Assembly (NCBI GenBank): GCA_016794025.1
Contig: JAEUKX010000102.1
Location: 1,538-65,537, forward strand
Source: Rhodospirillales bacterium
GTDB lineage: Bacteria > Pseudomonadota > Alphaproteobacteria > CACIAM-22H2
Direction: 5' to 3'
Length of the DNA stretch: 64,000 nt
Position 1 is the stretch's first letter. Every line of letters begins with the position of its first letter. The position numbers and the translations under genes were made by a program. Shown piece after piece: positions 36,891 through 49,967 of the stretch. The notes beneath the pieces were generated by a model. The model made no database searches. It was given only the letters and a program-made list of their open reading frames with translations, and was not told the origin of the DNA.

Positions 36891-38143
36891 GATACCAGCT
36901 CCGAATAGGGCAGGAAGTCGACGAGCGTCCCATTTTTCACTTCCACGACCTCCTCGGCCAGTTCCACAAGCCCGTCCGATTCGACGAGCGAGGTGAGGAT
37001 GCCTGCCCCGTCTCGGGGAAAGCGGTGCGCCACCGGCGCCCCTTCGGCGTCGCGCGACAGGCTCGCCCGCAGCCATTCGCGGCGGCCGGCTTTCTTCCGG
37101 GTGTCGAAGCCCGCCCGCACGCGGAAGGAAAGGGGGGGCGTGTCGGCCGCACCTGCCAGCCGCAGCAGGACCGGCCGCGCAAACCGGAGGAAGGTCACCA
37201 TCATCGCGACCGGATTTCCGGGGAGGCCGACGAACGCCTTGCCGGCGACGGTCCCGAATGCGACCGGCCGGCCGGGGCGGATTGCAAGGCGCCAGAAATG
37301 GATCGCGCCAAGGGCTTCGATCGAAGCGCGTACGTGATCTTCCTCGCCCGTGGACATGCCGCCCGAAGTGATCACGGCATCGTGTTCCGCCGCCGCGCGG
37401 GAGAGCGCCTCGCGCACATCCGCGGGCCGGTCGGCGAGAATGCCGAGATCCGTTGCCACGAAACCCGCCGCATCGAGCAGGGCAAGAAGCGCGAAGCGGT
37501 TGGCGTCGTAGACCGCTCCGGCGGGCGTCGCGGTTCCGGGTTCGCGCAGCTCGTCTCCGGTCGAGAAGACGGCCACGCGCAAGCGCCGGCGCACATCGAT
37601 TTCGGCAATGCCGAGCGAAGCGATGAGCCCCACGTCCTGCGCGCGCAGGCGGTGGCCAGCCCGCAGAACGGTCCGGCCGGCCTGAATGTCTTCCCCGGCC
37701 AGGCGACGGTTGGCGCCGCGCTTCTGTCCCGGTGGCAGAAAGACCTGCGCGCCCTCGAGGCGCACGTCTTCCTGCATGAAGACCGTATCGGCGCCGTCCG
37801 GCATCCGGGCCCCCGTGAAGATGCGCAAGGCCGTCCCGCGCGGCAATTCGCCTTCCATCGGATGACCGGCGGCCGCCCGTCCGGCGATCGCCATCGGCGT
37901 CGCTCCATCGGCCGCCAGGTCGTCGAAGCGGACCGCATAGCCGTCGACTGCAGCGTTGTCGTGCGGCGGGACGTTCCGGCCGGCAACGATCCCGGCTGCG
38001 AGAATGCGCCCGCCCGCCTGTCGCAGCACGGTTCGCTCCGTGCCGGTGACGGTCGACGCCCGTTGCGCAAGGATTGCCGCCGCCTCGTCGGCCCGCATGA
38101 GTTCGCCGCCGAATGCGAAACAGTCGTCGGAAAGCTGGGCCAT
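36887..38143 (-). CDS. moeA: Molybdopterin molybdotransferase
   Basis: ATG at 38143. It has PPHDNAAVDGYAV, VITSGGMSTGEEDHV and GLPGNPVA. 418 aa. Confidence 0.9.
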   Translation of the reverse strand: MAQLSDDCFAFGGELMRADEAAAILAQRASTVTGTERTVLRQAGGRILAAGIVAGRNVPPHDNAAVDGYAVRFDDLAADGATPMAIAGRAAAGHPMEGELPRGTALRIFTGARMPDGADTVFMQEDVRLEGAQVFLPPGQKRGANRRLAGEDIQAGRTVLRAGHRLRAQDVGLIASLGIAEIDVRRRLRVAVFSTGDELREPGTATPAGAVYDANRFALLALLDAAGFVATDLGILADRPADVREALSRAAAEHDAVITSGGMSTGEEDHVRASIEALGAIHFWRLAIRPGRPVAFGTVAGKAFVGLPGNPVAMMVTFLRFARPVLLRLAGAADTPPLSFRVRAGFDTRKKAGRREWLRASLSRDAEGAPVAHRFPRDGAGILTSLVESDGLVELAEEVVEVKNGTLVDFLPYSELVS

Positions 38144-38649
38144 CAGGCCGCTCCCCGCAGGCCTGCCCGCTTCACGATGAAATCCGCGATTGCCGCGACG
38201 TCGTCGATCGCAAGCAGCGGAACGCGCAATCCTGATAGCGCCGCATCGCTCGCGACGGCGACGATGTTCGGATCGTCCGGGGCGAGCAGCGGTTTGCCGA
38301 TCGCCGGCCGGTGGATCTCCAGTTTCTCGTGCCGGTCGCGCTTGAATCCCTCGACGAGGACAAGATCGACGGGCGAAAGGCGGGCAAGCAGTTCGTCCAG
38401 CGTGGGCTCGGGCGCGCCGCGCAGTTCGTGCATCAGCGCGAAACGGTTTGCGGACGAGACGATGACCTCGCGTGCACCCGCCATGCGGTGCACGTAGCTG
38501 TCCTTTCCGGGCTGGTCGACGTCGAAGGCGTGATGCGCGTGCTTGACGGTCGAAACGCGGATGCCGCGCCCGACAAGTTCTGGAATGAGCCGCGAGGCCA
38601 GCGTCGTCTTGCCGCTTCCGCTCCAGCCTGCGAGACCGAAGACGCGCAT
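38143..38649 (-). CDS. mobB: Molybdopterin-guanine dinucleotide biosynthesis adapter protein
   Basis: 168 aa with GWSGSGKTTL and VSTVKHAHHAFDVDQPGKDS. Confidence 0.9.
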   Translation of the reverse strand: MRVFGLAGWSGSGKTTLASRLIPELVGRGIRVSTVKHAHHAFDVDQPGKDSYVHRMAGAREVIVSSANRFALMHELRGAPEPTLDELLARLSPVDLVLVEGFKRDRHEKLEIHRPAIGKPLLAPDDPNIVAVASDAALSGLRVPLLAIDDVAAIADFIVKRAGLRGAA

Positions 38650-38654
38650 GGCGT

Positions 38655-39275
38655 CTAGGCCGACCGCCGTGCCGCGTCGGGGCGCGACGCCGGTTCGGTC
38701 GTGCCGGCGGGCTTTTCGTCCTCGTCGACATGTTTCAGGCCCGTCGCGAGATAATCGTAGCCCGTATAGAGCGTCAGAGCGGCCGCGATCCAGAGACAGA
38801 GCTCGCCCACCAGCATCACCGGCAGGAACGCGGTCGGTGCCGCATCACCGACGATGAGGAAACCAAGAGCCGTCATCTGGATGCCGGTCTTCCATTTGGC
38901 AAGCCGGGAGACCGGCAGGCCGACGCGGATCTCGGCGAGGAACTCCCGCAAACCCGAGACAAGCACCTCGCGCAGCAGGATGACGAGGGCGGCGAGCACC
39001 GACAGGCCGGCCACGCGACCGAAGGCGACAAGCAGCAGGATGATGGCCGAGACCAGCAGCTTGTCGGCGATCGGATCGAAAATCCGGCCGAGCTTCGACT
39101 GTTGCGCCCACGCGCGCGCGAGGTATCCGTCAAGCCAGTCAGTCACGGCGGCAACGGTGTAGAGGACGCACGCGACATAGCGCCATTCGTCGCCCTCCAC
39201 CCAGAAGAGCGCCACGATGATCGGGATGGCGGCGATGCGGCTCAGCGTCAGCCACATCGGAAGGGAAAAACCCAT
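38655..39275 (-). CDS. pgsA: CDP-diacylglycerol--glycerol-3-phosphate 3-phosphatidyltransferase
   Basis: ATG at 39275. DWLDGYLAR....S.LG..FDPIADK motif. Conserved position downstream of uvrC. Confidence 0.9.
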   Translation of the reverse strand: MGFSLPMWLTLSRIAAIPIIVALFWVEGDEWRYVACVLYTVAAVTDWLDGYLARAWAQQSKLGRIFDPIADKLLVSAIILLLVAFGRVAGLSVLAALVILLREVLVSGLREFLAEIRVGLPVSRLAKWKTGIQMTALGFLIVGDAAPTAFLPVMLVGELCLWIAAALTLYTGYDYLATGLKHVDEDEKPAGTTEPASRPDAARRSA

Positions 39276-39312
39276 GGGGGTACGGCTCTGTCGGAAGTTG
39301 TCGGCGGGGATT

Positions 39313-41226
39313 CTAGCTGCCGCCATGGAAGTGGTCATAGATTTTTTTGGCTGCCGCCTTGCCGACGCCCGCGACGGCCTCGAGATCGGCAAGTCCGGCA
39401 CGCCGGACAGATGCGGCAGACCCGAAATGCAGCAGCAGCGCCTTCTTCCGGCGTGGCCCGATACCCGGCACTTCGTCCAGCGCGGAACGCTCGATCGCGG
39501 CGCTACGGCGGGTCCGGTGGCTGCCGATGGCAAAGCGGTGCGCCTCGTCGCGCAGCCGCTGGAGGTAGTAGAGGACGGGATCGCGCGCCTCCAGCTGGAA
39601 CGGGTCCCGGCCCGGCATCAGGAATTTTTCGCGACCTGCGTTGCGGTCGGGTCCCTTCGAGATTGCCACAATGTTGAGATCGTCGATGCCCAGTTCCGCC
39701 AGCACTTCCTGGACGGCCGAGAGCTGCCCTGCGCCGCCATCGACCAGCACAAGATCGGGCCACGTGCCGCTCTCCCTGGCGGCATCTTCGCGCAGCGCCC
39801 GCGAGAAGCGCCGTTCGAAGACCTCGCGCATCATCGCGTAGTCGTCGCCGCCGCCACCCGTATCGGATTTACCGGGCCCGCGGATATTGAACTTCCGGTA
39901 CTGGCCTTTCTGGAAGCCATCCGGCCCGGCCACGATCATGCCGCCGACGGCGTTGGTGCCCTGGATGTGACTGTTGTCGTAGACCTCGATACGGCGCGGC
40001 GGCACCTCGAGGCCGAAGACAGTGGCCACACCTTCGAGCAGTTTCGCCTGTGCGCCGCTTTCGGCCATGCGCCGGGCGAGCGCTTCGCGCGCGTTTGCCA
40101 GTGCGTGTTCGACCGGTTTGCGCTTTTCGCCACGCTCGGGCACCAGAATTCGCACCCGGTGGCTGGTGCGCGCCGTCAGCGCCTGCTCCAGCAGTTCGCG
40201 CTCGGGCGTATCCTCGGACAGGGCGACCGTTCGCGGCGGCTCCTTGTCCGAGTAGAACTGGCCGAGAAACGCGGCGAGGACCTCGCCCGTCGCGAGATTG
40301 CGGTCGTGGCGCGGGAAATAGGCGCGGTTGCCGTAGTTGCGCCCGCCGCGGAAGAAGAACACCTGGATGCAGGTCTGGCCACCCTGCGAATGGATCGCGA
40401 CCACGTCGCTGTCGCCAAGGCCTTCAACATTTATGTCCTGCCGTGCCTGGACGGCCGTCAGCGCCCGGATCCGGTCGCGGTACATTGCGGCCGTCTCGAA
40501 ATCCATTTCGTCAGCCGCTTTCTGCATCTTTGCGGCGAGTTCGCCCTGTGCGTCGTGCGACCGGCCTTCGAGGAACTCCACCGCCTCGGCGACGAGCCCC
40601 GCGTAGTCGTCCTTCGAGATGCGGCCCACGCAGGGCGCCGAACAGCGCTTGATCTGGAACAGCAGGCAGGGCCGCGTACGCTGGGCAAACACCGCATCCG
40701 AGCACGAGCGCAGCAGGAACGCGCGCTGCATGGCCGTCAGCGTCTGGTTGACGGCGCCCGCCGAAGCGAAGGGACCGAAATAGCGGCCTTTGCGGTCGCG
40801 GCTGCCGCGGTGCTTGGCGATCTGCGCGAAGTCGTGCTCTTCGATCAGCGCGATATAGGGAAACGACTTGTCGTCGCGCAGCAGCACATTGTAGCGCGGC
40901 ATCAGGCGCTTGATGAGATTGCTCTCGAGCAGCAGCGCCTCGACCTCGGTGTGGGTCGTGACGATCTCGAGCCGCCGCGTCTCCGCCACCATCCGCAGCA
41001 GACGGTTGGGCATCCGCTCGAACTGGAGGTACTGCGCGACGCGCCGGCGCAGCATGCGTGCCTTGCCGACATAGAGAGCATCGCCCTTTGCATCGAGCAT
41101 CCGGTAAACGCCGGGCGAGAGCGGCAGCGTGGCCAGCGCCGCACGGATGACACCCGCACCCTCCGCGGCAATGGCCGGCGGCGTGTCGAGGTCGAACGAC
41201 TTCTCCTCGTCGGGCGTCCCGCTCAT
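39313..41226 (-). CDS. uvrC: Excinuclease ABC subunit C
   Basis: Internal ATG at 41226. GIY-YIG domain ([19 protein letters not shown]), UVR domain, and a C-terminal (HhH)2 ([21 protein letters not shown]). Confidence 0.9.
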   Translation of the reverse strand: MSGTPDEEKSFDLDTPPAIAAEGAGVIRAALATLPLSPGVYRMLDAKGDALYVGKARMLRRRVAQYLQFERMPNRLLRMVAETRRLEIVTTHTEVEALLLESNLIKRLMPRYNVLLRDDKSFPYIALIEEHDFAQIAKHRGSRDRKGRYFGPFASAGAVNQTLTAMQRAFLLRSCSDAVFAQRTRPCLLFQIKRCSAPCVGRISKDDYAGLVAEAVEFLEGRSHDAQGELAAKMQKAADEMDFETAAMYRDRIRALTAVQARQDINVEGLGDSDVVAIHSQGGQTCIQVFFFRGGRNYGNRAYFPRHDRNLATGEVLAAFLGQFYSDKEPPRTVALSEDTPERELLEQALTARTSHRVRILVPERGEKRKPVEHALANAREALARRMAESGAQAKLLEGVATVFGLEVPPRRIEVYDNSHIQGTNAVGGMIVAGPDGFQKGQYRKFNIRGPGKSDTGGGGDDYAMMREVFERRFSRALREDAARESGTWPDLVLVDGGAGQLSAVQEVLAELGIDDLNIVAISKGPDRNAGREKFLMPGRDPFQLEARDPVLYYLQRLRDEAHRFAIGSHRTRRSAAIERSALDEVPGIGPRRKKALLLHFGSAASVRRAGLADLEAVAGVGKAAAKKIYDHFHGGS

Positions 41227-41349
41227 GGGTCCTTGCCTAAGTCCTTGTCGCGTCGGCTGGCAAGGCGTCTTCGCAGGGCCCGGCCGGTCTGTGGCGGATT
41301 TGCAACCGTGCTGCCCGGAGCGGGGCAAAGGCACATTTGCGCCTTCCGG

Positions 41350-41380
41350 CTATCCACGATTTCTGTGGATAACTTTGTGG
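41350..41380. promoter_or_regulatory. Cluster of DnaA-box-like motifs upstream of uvrC
   Basis: CTATCCACG (41350-41358), TGTGGATAA (41364-41372, a perfect complement of TTATCCACA) and TGTGGGAAA (41376-41384). The first two form the inverted repeat TATCCAC-N7-GTGGATA. Confidence 0.35.
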
Positions 41381-41585
41381 GAAAACGCACCGGAATCCCG
41401 CAGAATCGGGCGCTGACCGCATTTTCCGCCGCCTTGCCCGGAAATTGGGCAATATCACCTACATCTTTGATTCGGAACAATTTTAGCTTTGGCTAATGTC
41501 GTAATCTCTTCACATTCTTTTAAGAAATCGCGGAATTCCGCCATTTTTGCGACAGCCGGAGGCACGTGTGTACAAGTGCGCCGAT

Positions 41586-42008
41586 CTATCGCACCTCGCG
41601 CTGGCGCTCGATCTCGACACCGACGGACGCGGCATCCGGGTAGATGTCGAGCTTCTCGACGCGGACGCGCACGTAAATTGCCGACGGAGCGGCCAGGCAA
41701 AGCTCGGCGACGCGTTCCGCGAGCGTTTCCACGAGGTTGACGTGCCCTTCGGCGACGAGCGCCCGCACGCCTTTCACGATCCGGTCGTAGCACACGATCT
41801 CGGACGGGCGGTCCTGACGCGGCGGCCTGTCGACGACGCCGAGTTCGATATTGAAGCGCACGCGCTGTGCGCGCAGCTTCTCGCGCCTGAAAATGCCGAT
41901 CATCGTCGGCAGCACCAGATCGCCGATCAGCACCTTGCGTATCGTCGCGCCGGCCGGCGCCAGTGCCACGACCTTGCTGCGGGCGGTCTTGTCGGCGGAC
42001 ATCCTCAC
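41586..42008 (-). CDS. folB: Dihydroneopterin aldolase
   Basis: The ~138-aa size and pattern (GI...E....Q.V.....L...........D.L...V.Y) fit the FolB family. GTG 42008 forms a GTGA overlap with the SDR stop; ATG 42002 is an alternative. Confidence 0.8.
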   Translation of the reverse strand: MRMSADKTARSKVVALAPAGATIRKVLIGDLVLPTMIGIFRREKLRAQRVRFNIELGVVDRPPRQDRPSEIVCYDRIVKGVRALVAEGHVNLVETLAERVAELCLAAPSAIYVRVRVEKLDIYPDAASVGVEIERQREVR

Positions 42009-42778
42009 TCCTTGGGCTGGTGCGCGCCGGGGGTACCCCAGTTCAGATGCTGGCCGCCGTCGAGCGCGATCATCTGCCCGGTCAGTGACGGCGATGCCAG
42101 GATGAAGCGCACGCAGGCGGCAATCTCGTCAAGGGCGGGGCCGCGCCGAAGAGGCACGCTCGCGACCTGACGGGCAAACTGCTCGGGATCCTGCCGGACG
42201 CTCTTCAGCGTCGGGCCGGGGCCGATCGCGTTGACGCGCACGCGTGGCGCCAGGGCCAGCGCCATCGTCTGCGTCAGCGTCCATAGCCCGGCCTTCGACA
42301 GCGTGTAGGTCGTGAAATGCGGCGTCAGGTTCCACACGCGCTGGTCGATCATGTTGACGATGACGCCTTCGGCGTCGACGGGCAGGACATCCGCCATCGC
42401 CTGCGCAAGCACGAAGGGCGCACGCAGATTCGTTTCCATGTGCCGGTCCCAGCTGGCTCGCGTGACGTCGCAAACCTCGTCGCGCTCGAATTCCGAGGCG
42501 TTGTTGACCAGCACGCCGAGCGGCCCCAATGCGTCCAGGGAGGCTTTCGCCAACGCCACCACCTCGCCTTCCTTCGCGAGATCGGCGCCGATGGCCACCG
42601 CCTTGCCGCCCTTTCCGGCGATCTTCGCCGCCAGCGCTTCGGCCTCCGCACGGCTGTCGCGGTAGTGGATCGCCACGGCGAAGCCCAGATCGGCGAGGGC
42701 TTCGACAATCGCTGCGCCGATGCGCTTGGCCCCGCCCGTGACAAGGGCCGTCCGGGGAATCTGGGGGGCGGGAGTCAT
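42005..42778 (-). CDS. Short-chain dehydrogenase/reductase (pteridine reductase/FolM-like)
   Basis: ATG at 42778. It has TALVTGGAKRIGAAI, NNAS and Y..SK (YTLSKAGL). It is adjacent to and coupled with folB. Confidence 0.8.
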   Translation of the reverse strand: MTPAPQIPRTALVTGGAKRIGAAIVEALADLGFAVAIHYRDSRAEAEALAAKIAGKGGKAVAIGADLAKEGEVVALAKASLDALGPLGVLVNNASEFERDEVCDVTRASWDRHMETNLRAPFVLAQAMADVLPVDAEGVIVNMIDQRVWNLTPHFTTYTLSKAGLWTLTQTMALALAPRVRVNAIGPGPTLKSVRQDPEQFARQVASVPLRRGPALDEIAACVRFILASPSLTGQMIALDGGQHLNWGTPGAHQPKE

Positions 42779-43974
42779 GATCTGGATATGCCTGCGGCCC
42801 GTGCGGCGCGCAACAGCGCCATTCCCACGCCGGCCGGGAGCGTCGCGGCCACCAGGTAGGCCGCGACGTAGCTTTCCGTCAGCAGCACGATGGTGGTGAA
42901 GAGGCCGGGCACGATCGCCACACCGCCGAAAGTGAAAAGTCCCGTGGCACCCGTCGCCTCGCCCGTGCGGCCCGGTGCGGCGAGGCGTGCGACTTCGCCG
43001 AGGAAGACGCCGTTCCATGCCATGGCTGTTCCGCCGAAAAGGATGGCGGCCGCAACGAGCACGGCATGCGGCATCGACGCGGCCCCGAGGGCCACGGCGA
43101 GCGCAAAGCCGGCCATCGCCACGCCCAATGCCGCAAGGACGATATCCGGCCGACCCGACCGGTCGGCCACGAAACCCCAGGCTATACGCCCACCCGCACC
43201 CGCCGCCTGCGCGCAGGCGAGCACTGCCGCCGCCGCCACGAGATCCAGCGCCGTCTCGTGGAGCAGGAAGACCACCATGAAACTGGCCAGCGAACCCTGC
43301 AGGCCGGAATAGGCGAACGAGGCGAATGAAATGTTGCGCATCTCGATCTGGCGCCACACGCGTACGAGCGGTTCGGCGAACTGGGCACGCGGGGAGAAAC
43401 GGACGGACTGCCCGCCGCCCGTGTCGAGATGCCGGCCGAGCGGCGTCAACAGCGCGGCGGCCAACCCGAGTACGGCGGCGACGCAAAGGCACGTCGTTCG
43501 CCAGCCGGCGCCGAGCGCGAGGTTCGGCAGCACGATCGCGGCAAGCATGAAGCCGAGCGGGACGCCCGTCTGCTTGACCGAAAAGACGATATTGCGGTTC
43601 GCGGCGCTCGTTGCCCGCGCGAGCACGGCCGAGGAGGCCGGCGTCGTTGGCCCAAGGCTCAATCCCCCGAAGACCGCGGCGAGCAGGGACGTCGGCAGGT
43701 ATCCCATGGCGAGGCAGATCGTCGATGCCGCACCCGACGCCAGTCCGAACTGCAGCGTGCGGTGGGCGCCCCAGCGGGCGATGATGCCGCCGGAGGCCAC
43801 GCCCGAGATCGCCGCCGTGGCGTAGAGGACCGACACGTAGTAGCCGACGGATGCCGCCGGCACGCCCAGATCGGCGCCGATCAGCGTGGCAAGGAGCGGA
43901 GCCGTGAGGCTGGAGCCGCTGACGAGAACTTGGACCGCGAAAGTGACGGCAAGCGGCAGGACGATCGGGTTCAC
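42775..43974 (-). CDS. MFS transporter
   Basis: 399 aa with 12 predicted hydrophobic segments. GTG start forms a GTGA overlap with the uvrB stop. Confidence 0.75.
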   Translation of the reverse strand: MNPIVLPLAVTFAVQVLVSGSSLTAPLLATLIGADLGVPAASVGYYVSVLYATAAISGVASGGIIARWGAHRTLQFGLASGAASTICLAMGYLPTSLLAAVFGGLSLGPTTPASSAVLARATSAANRNIVFSVKQTGVPLGFMLAAIVLPNLALGAGWRTTCLCVAAVLGLAAALLTPLGRHLDTGGGQSVRFSPRAQFAEPLVRVWRQIEMRNISFASFAYSGLQGSLASFMVVFLLHETALDLVAAAAVLACAQAAGAGGRIAWGFVADRSGRPDIVLAALGVAMAGFALAVALGAASMPHAVLVAAAILFGGTAMAWNGVFLGEVARLAAPGRTGEATGATGLFTFGGVAIVPGLFTTIVLLTESYVAAYLVAATLPAGVGMALLRAARAAGISRS

Positions 43975-46175
43975 TTGCGCGCGCCGCCGCGCTGCGGCCT
44001 TCGCGCACGCCCCTTGCGCGAATGGACGGCCCCGGCCGTCGAGCGCGGCCTTGCCTTCGCGTCGGCGGGCATGAACGACACGCTGCCGGTGGCGGAACCC
44101 GGCAGTTCCATTTCCATCGCCTCGAGCCGCTTGATCTCGTCGCGCAGGCGCGCGGCTTCCTCGAACTCGAGGTCCGCTGCGGCCTCGCGCATGCGGCCTT
44201 CGAGGTCGGCGATGTGGGTGCGCAGGTTGTGGCCGACGAGGTGCGGCGTGCCGTCGTCGCCGGTGCCCACGGTCACGCGGTCGCGCTCGTAGACCGAGCC
44301 GAGGATGTCACCGATCTGCTTGCGCACCGATTCCGGCGTGATGCCGTGCTCGGCGTTGTAGGCTATCTGCTTGGCGCGGCGGCGGTCGGTTTCCGCCAGC
44401 GCGGCCTTGAGCGAGTCCGTCATCGTGTCGGCATAGAGGATCACCCGACCGTCGACATTTCGTGCCGCGCGGCCGATCGTCTGGATCAGCGACGTGCGCG
44501 AACGCAGGTAACCTTCCTTGTCGGCATCGAGGATGGCGACGAGCGCGCATTCGGGAATATCGAGACCTTCGCGCAGCAGGTTGATGCCCACCAGCGCGTC
44601 GAACGCGCCCAGTCGCAGGTCGCGGATGATCTCGATGCGCTCAAGCGTCTCGACGTCCGAGTGCATGTAGCGCACGCGCACGCCGTTCTCGTGCAGGTAT
44701 TCGGTCAGGTCCTCGGCCATGCGCTTCGTGAGGGTCGTAACGAGCGCACGCATTCCCTTCTTGGCGAGGAGTTTGAGTTCGCCGAGGAGATCGTCGACCT
44801 GCCTATCGGTCGGCCGGATCTCGCAGGGCGGGTCGACCAGGCCGGTCGGCCGGATGACCTGCTCGACGAACACGCCCTTGGTTCGTTCCAGTTCCCAGTT
44901 GCCCGGCGTGGCGGAGACGAAGACGGTCTGTCCGCGCATCTCGTCCCATTCCTCGAACTTGAGCGGGCGGTTGTCCATGCAGGACGGCAGGCGGAAGCCG
45001 TATTCCGACAGCGTCGATTTGCGCATGTAGTCGCCGCGGTACATCCCGCCGATCTGCGGGACCATCACGTGGCTCTCGTCACAGATCAGGATCGCGTCCT
45101 TGGGCAGGTATTCGAAAAGCGTGGGCGGCGGCTCGCCGGGCTTCCGGCCCGTGAGGTAGCGCGAATAGTTCTCGATGCCCGCACAGCTGCCCGTCGCGGC
45201 CATCATCTCGATGTCGAAGCTCGTGCGCTGTTCGAGCCGCTGGGCCTCAAGCAACTTTCCCGCGGCATTGAGCTCGGCCAGCCGCGCCTTGAGTTCGATC
45301 TTGATCTGCGAGATTGCCTGCTCGAGCGTGGGCTGCGGCGTCACGTAGTGCGAATTTGCGTAGAGCTTGGCCTCCTCCAGCGTCGCCTTCTTCTCGCCGG
45401 TCAGTGGGTCGAACTCCCAGATCGCCTCGATCTCGTCGCCGAAGAGCGAGATGCGCCAGGCACGGTCCTCGCAGTGGGCCGGAAATATCTCGACCGCGTC
45501 GCCGCGCGCGCGGAACGTGCCGCGCTGGAAGGCCGCTTCGTTGCGCTTGTACTGGAGCTTCACGAGTTCGCGCAGGAGCGCGTTTCGGTCCATGCGCTGG
45601 CCGGTCTTGAGCTTCAGCGTCATGGACGAATAGGTTTCGACCGACCCGATGCCGTAGATGCAGCTCACCGATGCAACAATGATCGTATCGCGCCGTTCCA
45701 GCAGTGCACGCGTGGCCGAGTGGCGCATGCGGTCGATCTGCTCGTTGATCGAGCTTTCCTTCTCGATATACGTGTCCGAGCGCGGGACGTAGGCCTCGGG
45801 CTGGTAGTAGTCGTAGTAGCTGACGAAGTACTCCACCGCGTTGTTCGGGAAGAACGCCTTCATCTCGCCATAGAGCTGGGCAGCGAGCGTCTTGTTGGGG
45901 GCAAGGATCAGGGCGGGGCGCTGCAGGTTCTGGATCGCGTGCGCCATGGTGAAGGTCTTGCCCGACCCCGTGACGCCAAGCAGGACCTGATCCTTCTCGC
46001 CCTTGAGCAGGCCTTCCGTCAGCTCGGCGATCGCCTGCGGCTGGTCGCCGGCGGGCTTGAAGTCCGAGACGACCTCCAGGCGTGCGGCCGGGCGCGCGTC
46101 GGGCTCGGCGGCAAGGGGCGGCGCCGGATTCACGGTTCCGTCGGGAAGCGATGCGGTAAGGCGGGGGAGGGCCAT
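43971..46175 (-). CDS. uvrB: Excinuclease ABC subunit B
   Basis: 734 aa with [12 protein letters not shown], the DESH box, helicase motifs and a C-terminal UVR domain ([17 protein letters not shown]). Confidence 0.95.
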   Translation of the reverse strand: MALPRLTASLPDGTVNPAPPLAAEPDARPAARLEVVSDFKPAGDQPQAIAELTEGLLKGEKDQVLLGVTGSGKTFTMAHAIQNLQRPALILAPNKTLAAQLYGEMKAFFPNNAVEYFVSYYDYYQPEAYVPRSDTYIEKESSINEQIDRMRHSATRALLERRDTIIVASVSCIYGIGSVETYSSMTLKLKTGQRMDRNALLRELVKLQYKRNEAAFQRGTFRARGDAVEIFPAHCEDRAWRISLFGDEIEAIWEFDPLTGEKKATLEEAKLYANSHYVTPQPTLEQAISQIKIELKARLAELNAAGKLLEAQRLEQRTSFDIEMMAATGSCAGIENYSRYLTGRKPGEPPPTLFEYLPKDAILICDESHVMVPQIGGMYRGDYMRKSTLSEYGFRLPSCMDNRPLKFEEWDEMRGQTVFVSATPGNWELERTKGVFVEQVIRPTGLVDPPCEIRPTDRQVDDLLGELKLLAKKGMRALVTTLTKRMAEDLTEYLHENGVRVRYMHSDVETLERIEIIRDLRLGAFDALVGINLLREGLDIPECALVAILDADKEGYLRSRTSLIQTIGRAARNVDGRVILYADTMTDSLKAALAETDRRRAKQIAYNAEHGITPESVRKQIGDILGSVYERDRVTVGTGDDGTPHLVGHNLRTHIADLEGRMREAAADLEFEEAARLRDEIKRLEAMEMELPGSATGSVSFMPADAKARPRSTAGAVHSRKGRARRPQRGGARK

Positions 46176-46209
46176 CGGTTGTCGAACTTAGCCCGCACGG
46201 GCGCCGTTC

Positions 46210-47196
46210 TCAACGCGCGTCGATGTCGAGGACGACGTTCCCCGCCATCTTGCCGCTTTCGACGGCTTGATGCGCTTCGACGATCCGCTCGAGGGGAAAG
46301 CGCGCGGCAATCCGCGTCTTGAGCTGCCCCATTGCGAGGCGCGAATTGACATAGGCGGCGCCGATCCGCCGCTGGGCCGGTGAAAGCTCGTAGACGATGA
46401 AGAACGCCGCCGTGACGTTCTTCGCGATCGCCGGCATGAAGGGCATGGTGAAGTCCGGCCGGTTCGATCCGTAGATCGCCAGCGTTCCGCCCGGTTTCAG
46501 CGCGTCGAGGCTCGATTTCGCGTTCCCCGCGATGTCGAGTTCGACGACCCGATCCACACCCTCGCCGCCCGTTAGCTCGCGCACGCGCGCGCCGACATCC
46601 TCGCTGCGGTAGTCGATTGTCGCATCTGCACCCGCTTCGCGCGCGAGGGCCGCCTTCTCGGGTGAGGAGACGGTCGCGAAGACCTTCGCTCCCTCGTGCT
46701 TGGCCATCTGGATCGCGTAGTGGCCCACGGCACCCGCCCCGCCGGTGACCAGTACGGCGCGCTGCGATACGCCACCGTTCAGCGTGACCGCGCGCCAGGC
46801 CGTCAGCGCCGGGATGCCCAGGCAGGCCCCGACGGCGAAATCCGCGTTGGCCGGCAGGGCAGGGGCGAACTCCGCCGGTACGCACACGAATTCAGCCGCG
46901 GTTCCCTCCGCGCGCTTCCATTGGGCATTGAAGACCCAGACGCGCGCGCCGATGCGGGCGGCATCGACCCCGTCGCCCACGGCATCGATAAGGCCAGCTC
47001 CGTCCGAATGCGGGATGACGCGGCTGTAGACGGAATTTCGCGAGGCGCTCGCGCGTGCCTTCACGTCGGAGGGGTTGACGCCCGAAGCGGCAAGCCGCAC
47101 GCGCACCTCGCCCGGCCCCGGCACGGGGGCGGGCAGGTCGGCGATCGACAGGACGTCAGCGGCAGGACCGAACGACGAATAGACGGCGGCGCGCAT
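46210..47196 (-). CDS. NADPH:quinone oxidoreductase / medium-chain dehydrogenase-reductase family protein
   Basis: Internal ATG at 47196 (MRAAVYSSFGPA...). It has GVNPSD and VTGGAGAVGHYAIQMAK. Confidence 0.8.
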   Translation of the reverse strand: MRAAVYSSFGPAADVLSIADLPAPVPGPGEVRVRLAASGVNPSDVKARASASRNSVYSRVIPHSDGAGLIDAVGDGVDAARIGARVWVFNAQWKRAEGTAAEFVCVPAEFAPALPANADFAVGACLGIPALTAWRAVTLNGGVSQRAVLVTGGAGAVGHYAIQMAKHEGAKVFATVSSPEKAALAREAGADATIDYRSEDVGARVRELTGGEGVDRVVELDIAGNAKSSLDALKPGGTLAIYGSNRPDFTMPFMPAIAKNVTAAFFIVYELSPAQRRIGAAYVNSRLAMGQLKTRIAARFPLERIVEAHQAVESGKMAGNVVLDIDAR

Positions 47197-47242
47197 GGAG
47201 ACCTCGGGCTTCGAATCGGGACGGCTCCCGACTCTAACCCGG

Positions 47243-49953
<2,711 letters not shown>

Positions 49954-49967
<14 letters not shown>

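Noticed and set aside
36497-38497. 666-aa ORF on the plus strand
   Set aside because: It is antisense to moaE, moaD, moeA and mobB, all of which carry clear family motifs. Its translation is an Arg/Pro/Ala/Gly-rich low-complexity sequence, typical of shadow ORFs in high-GC DNA.
39217-41496. 759-aa ORF on the plus strand
   Set aside because: It is antisense to uvrC (GIY-YIG, UVR and HhH motifs on the minus strand). It has no recognisable motifs and an Arg/Ala-rich composition.
41227-41585. Possible chromosomal replication origin (DnaA boxes, AT-rich tract, GANTC sites)
   Set aside because: There are only about three boxes in one small cluster. No hemE, dnaA, parAB or other origin-linked neighbours are present, I found no full CtrA TTAA-N7-TTAA sites, and the AT-rich tract is short. 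A regulatory role is more parsimonious. I kept it as a finding but not as oriC.
46176-46209. Alphaproteobacterial SOS boxes (GTTC-N7-GTTC / GAAC-N7-GAAC) upstream of uvrB, and likewise upstream of uvrC at 41227-41480
   Set aside because: I found only isolated GAAC/GTTC half-sites, with no correctly spaced direct repeat. No LexA site is claimed.
44022-46322. 766-aa ORF on the plus strand
   Set aside because: It is antisense to uvrB, whose helicase motifs are unambiguous. This is a shadow ORF.
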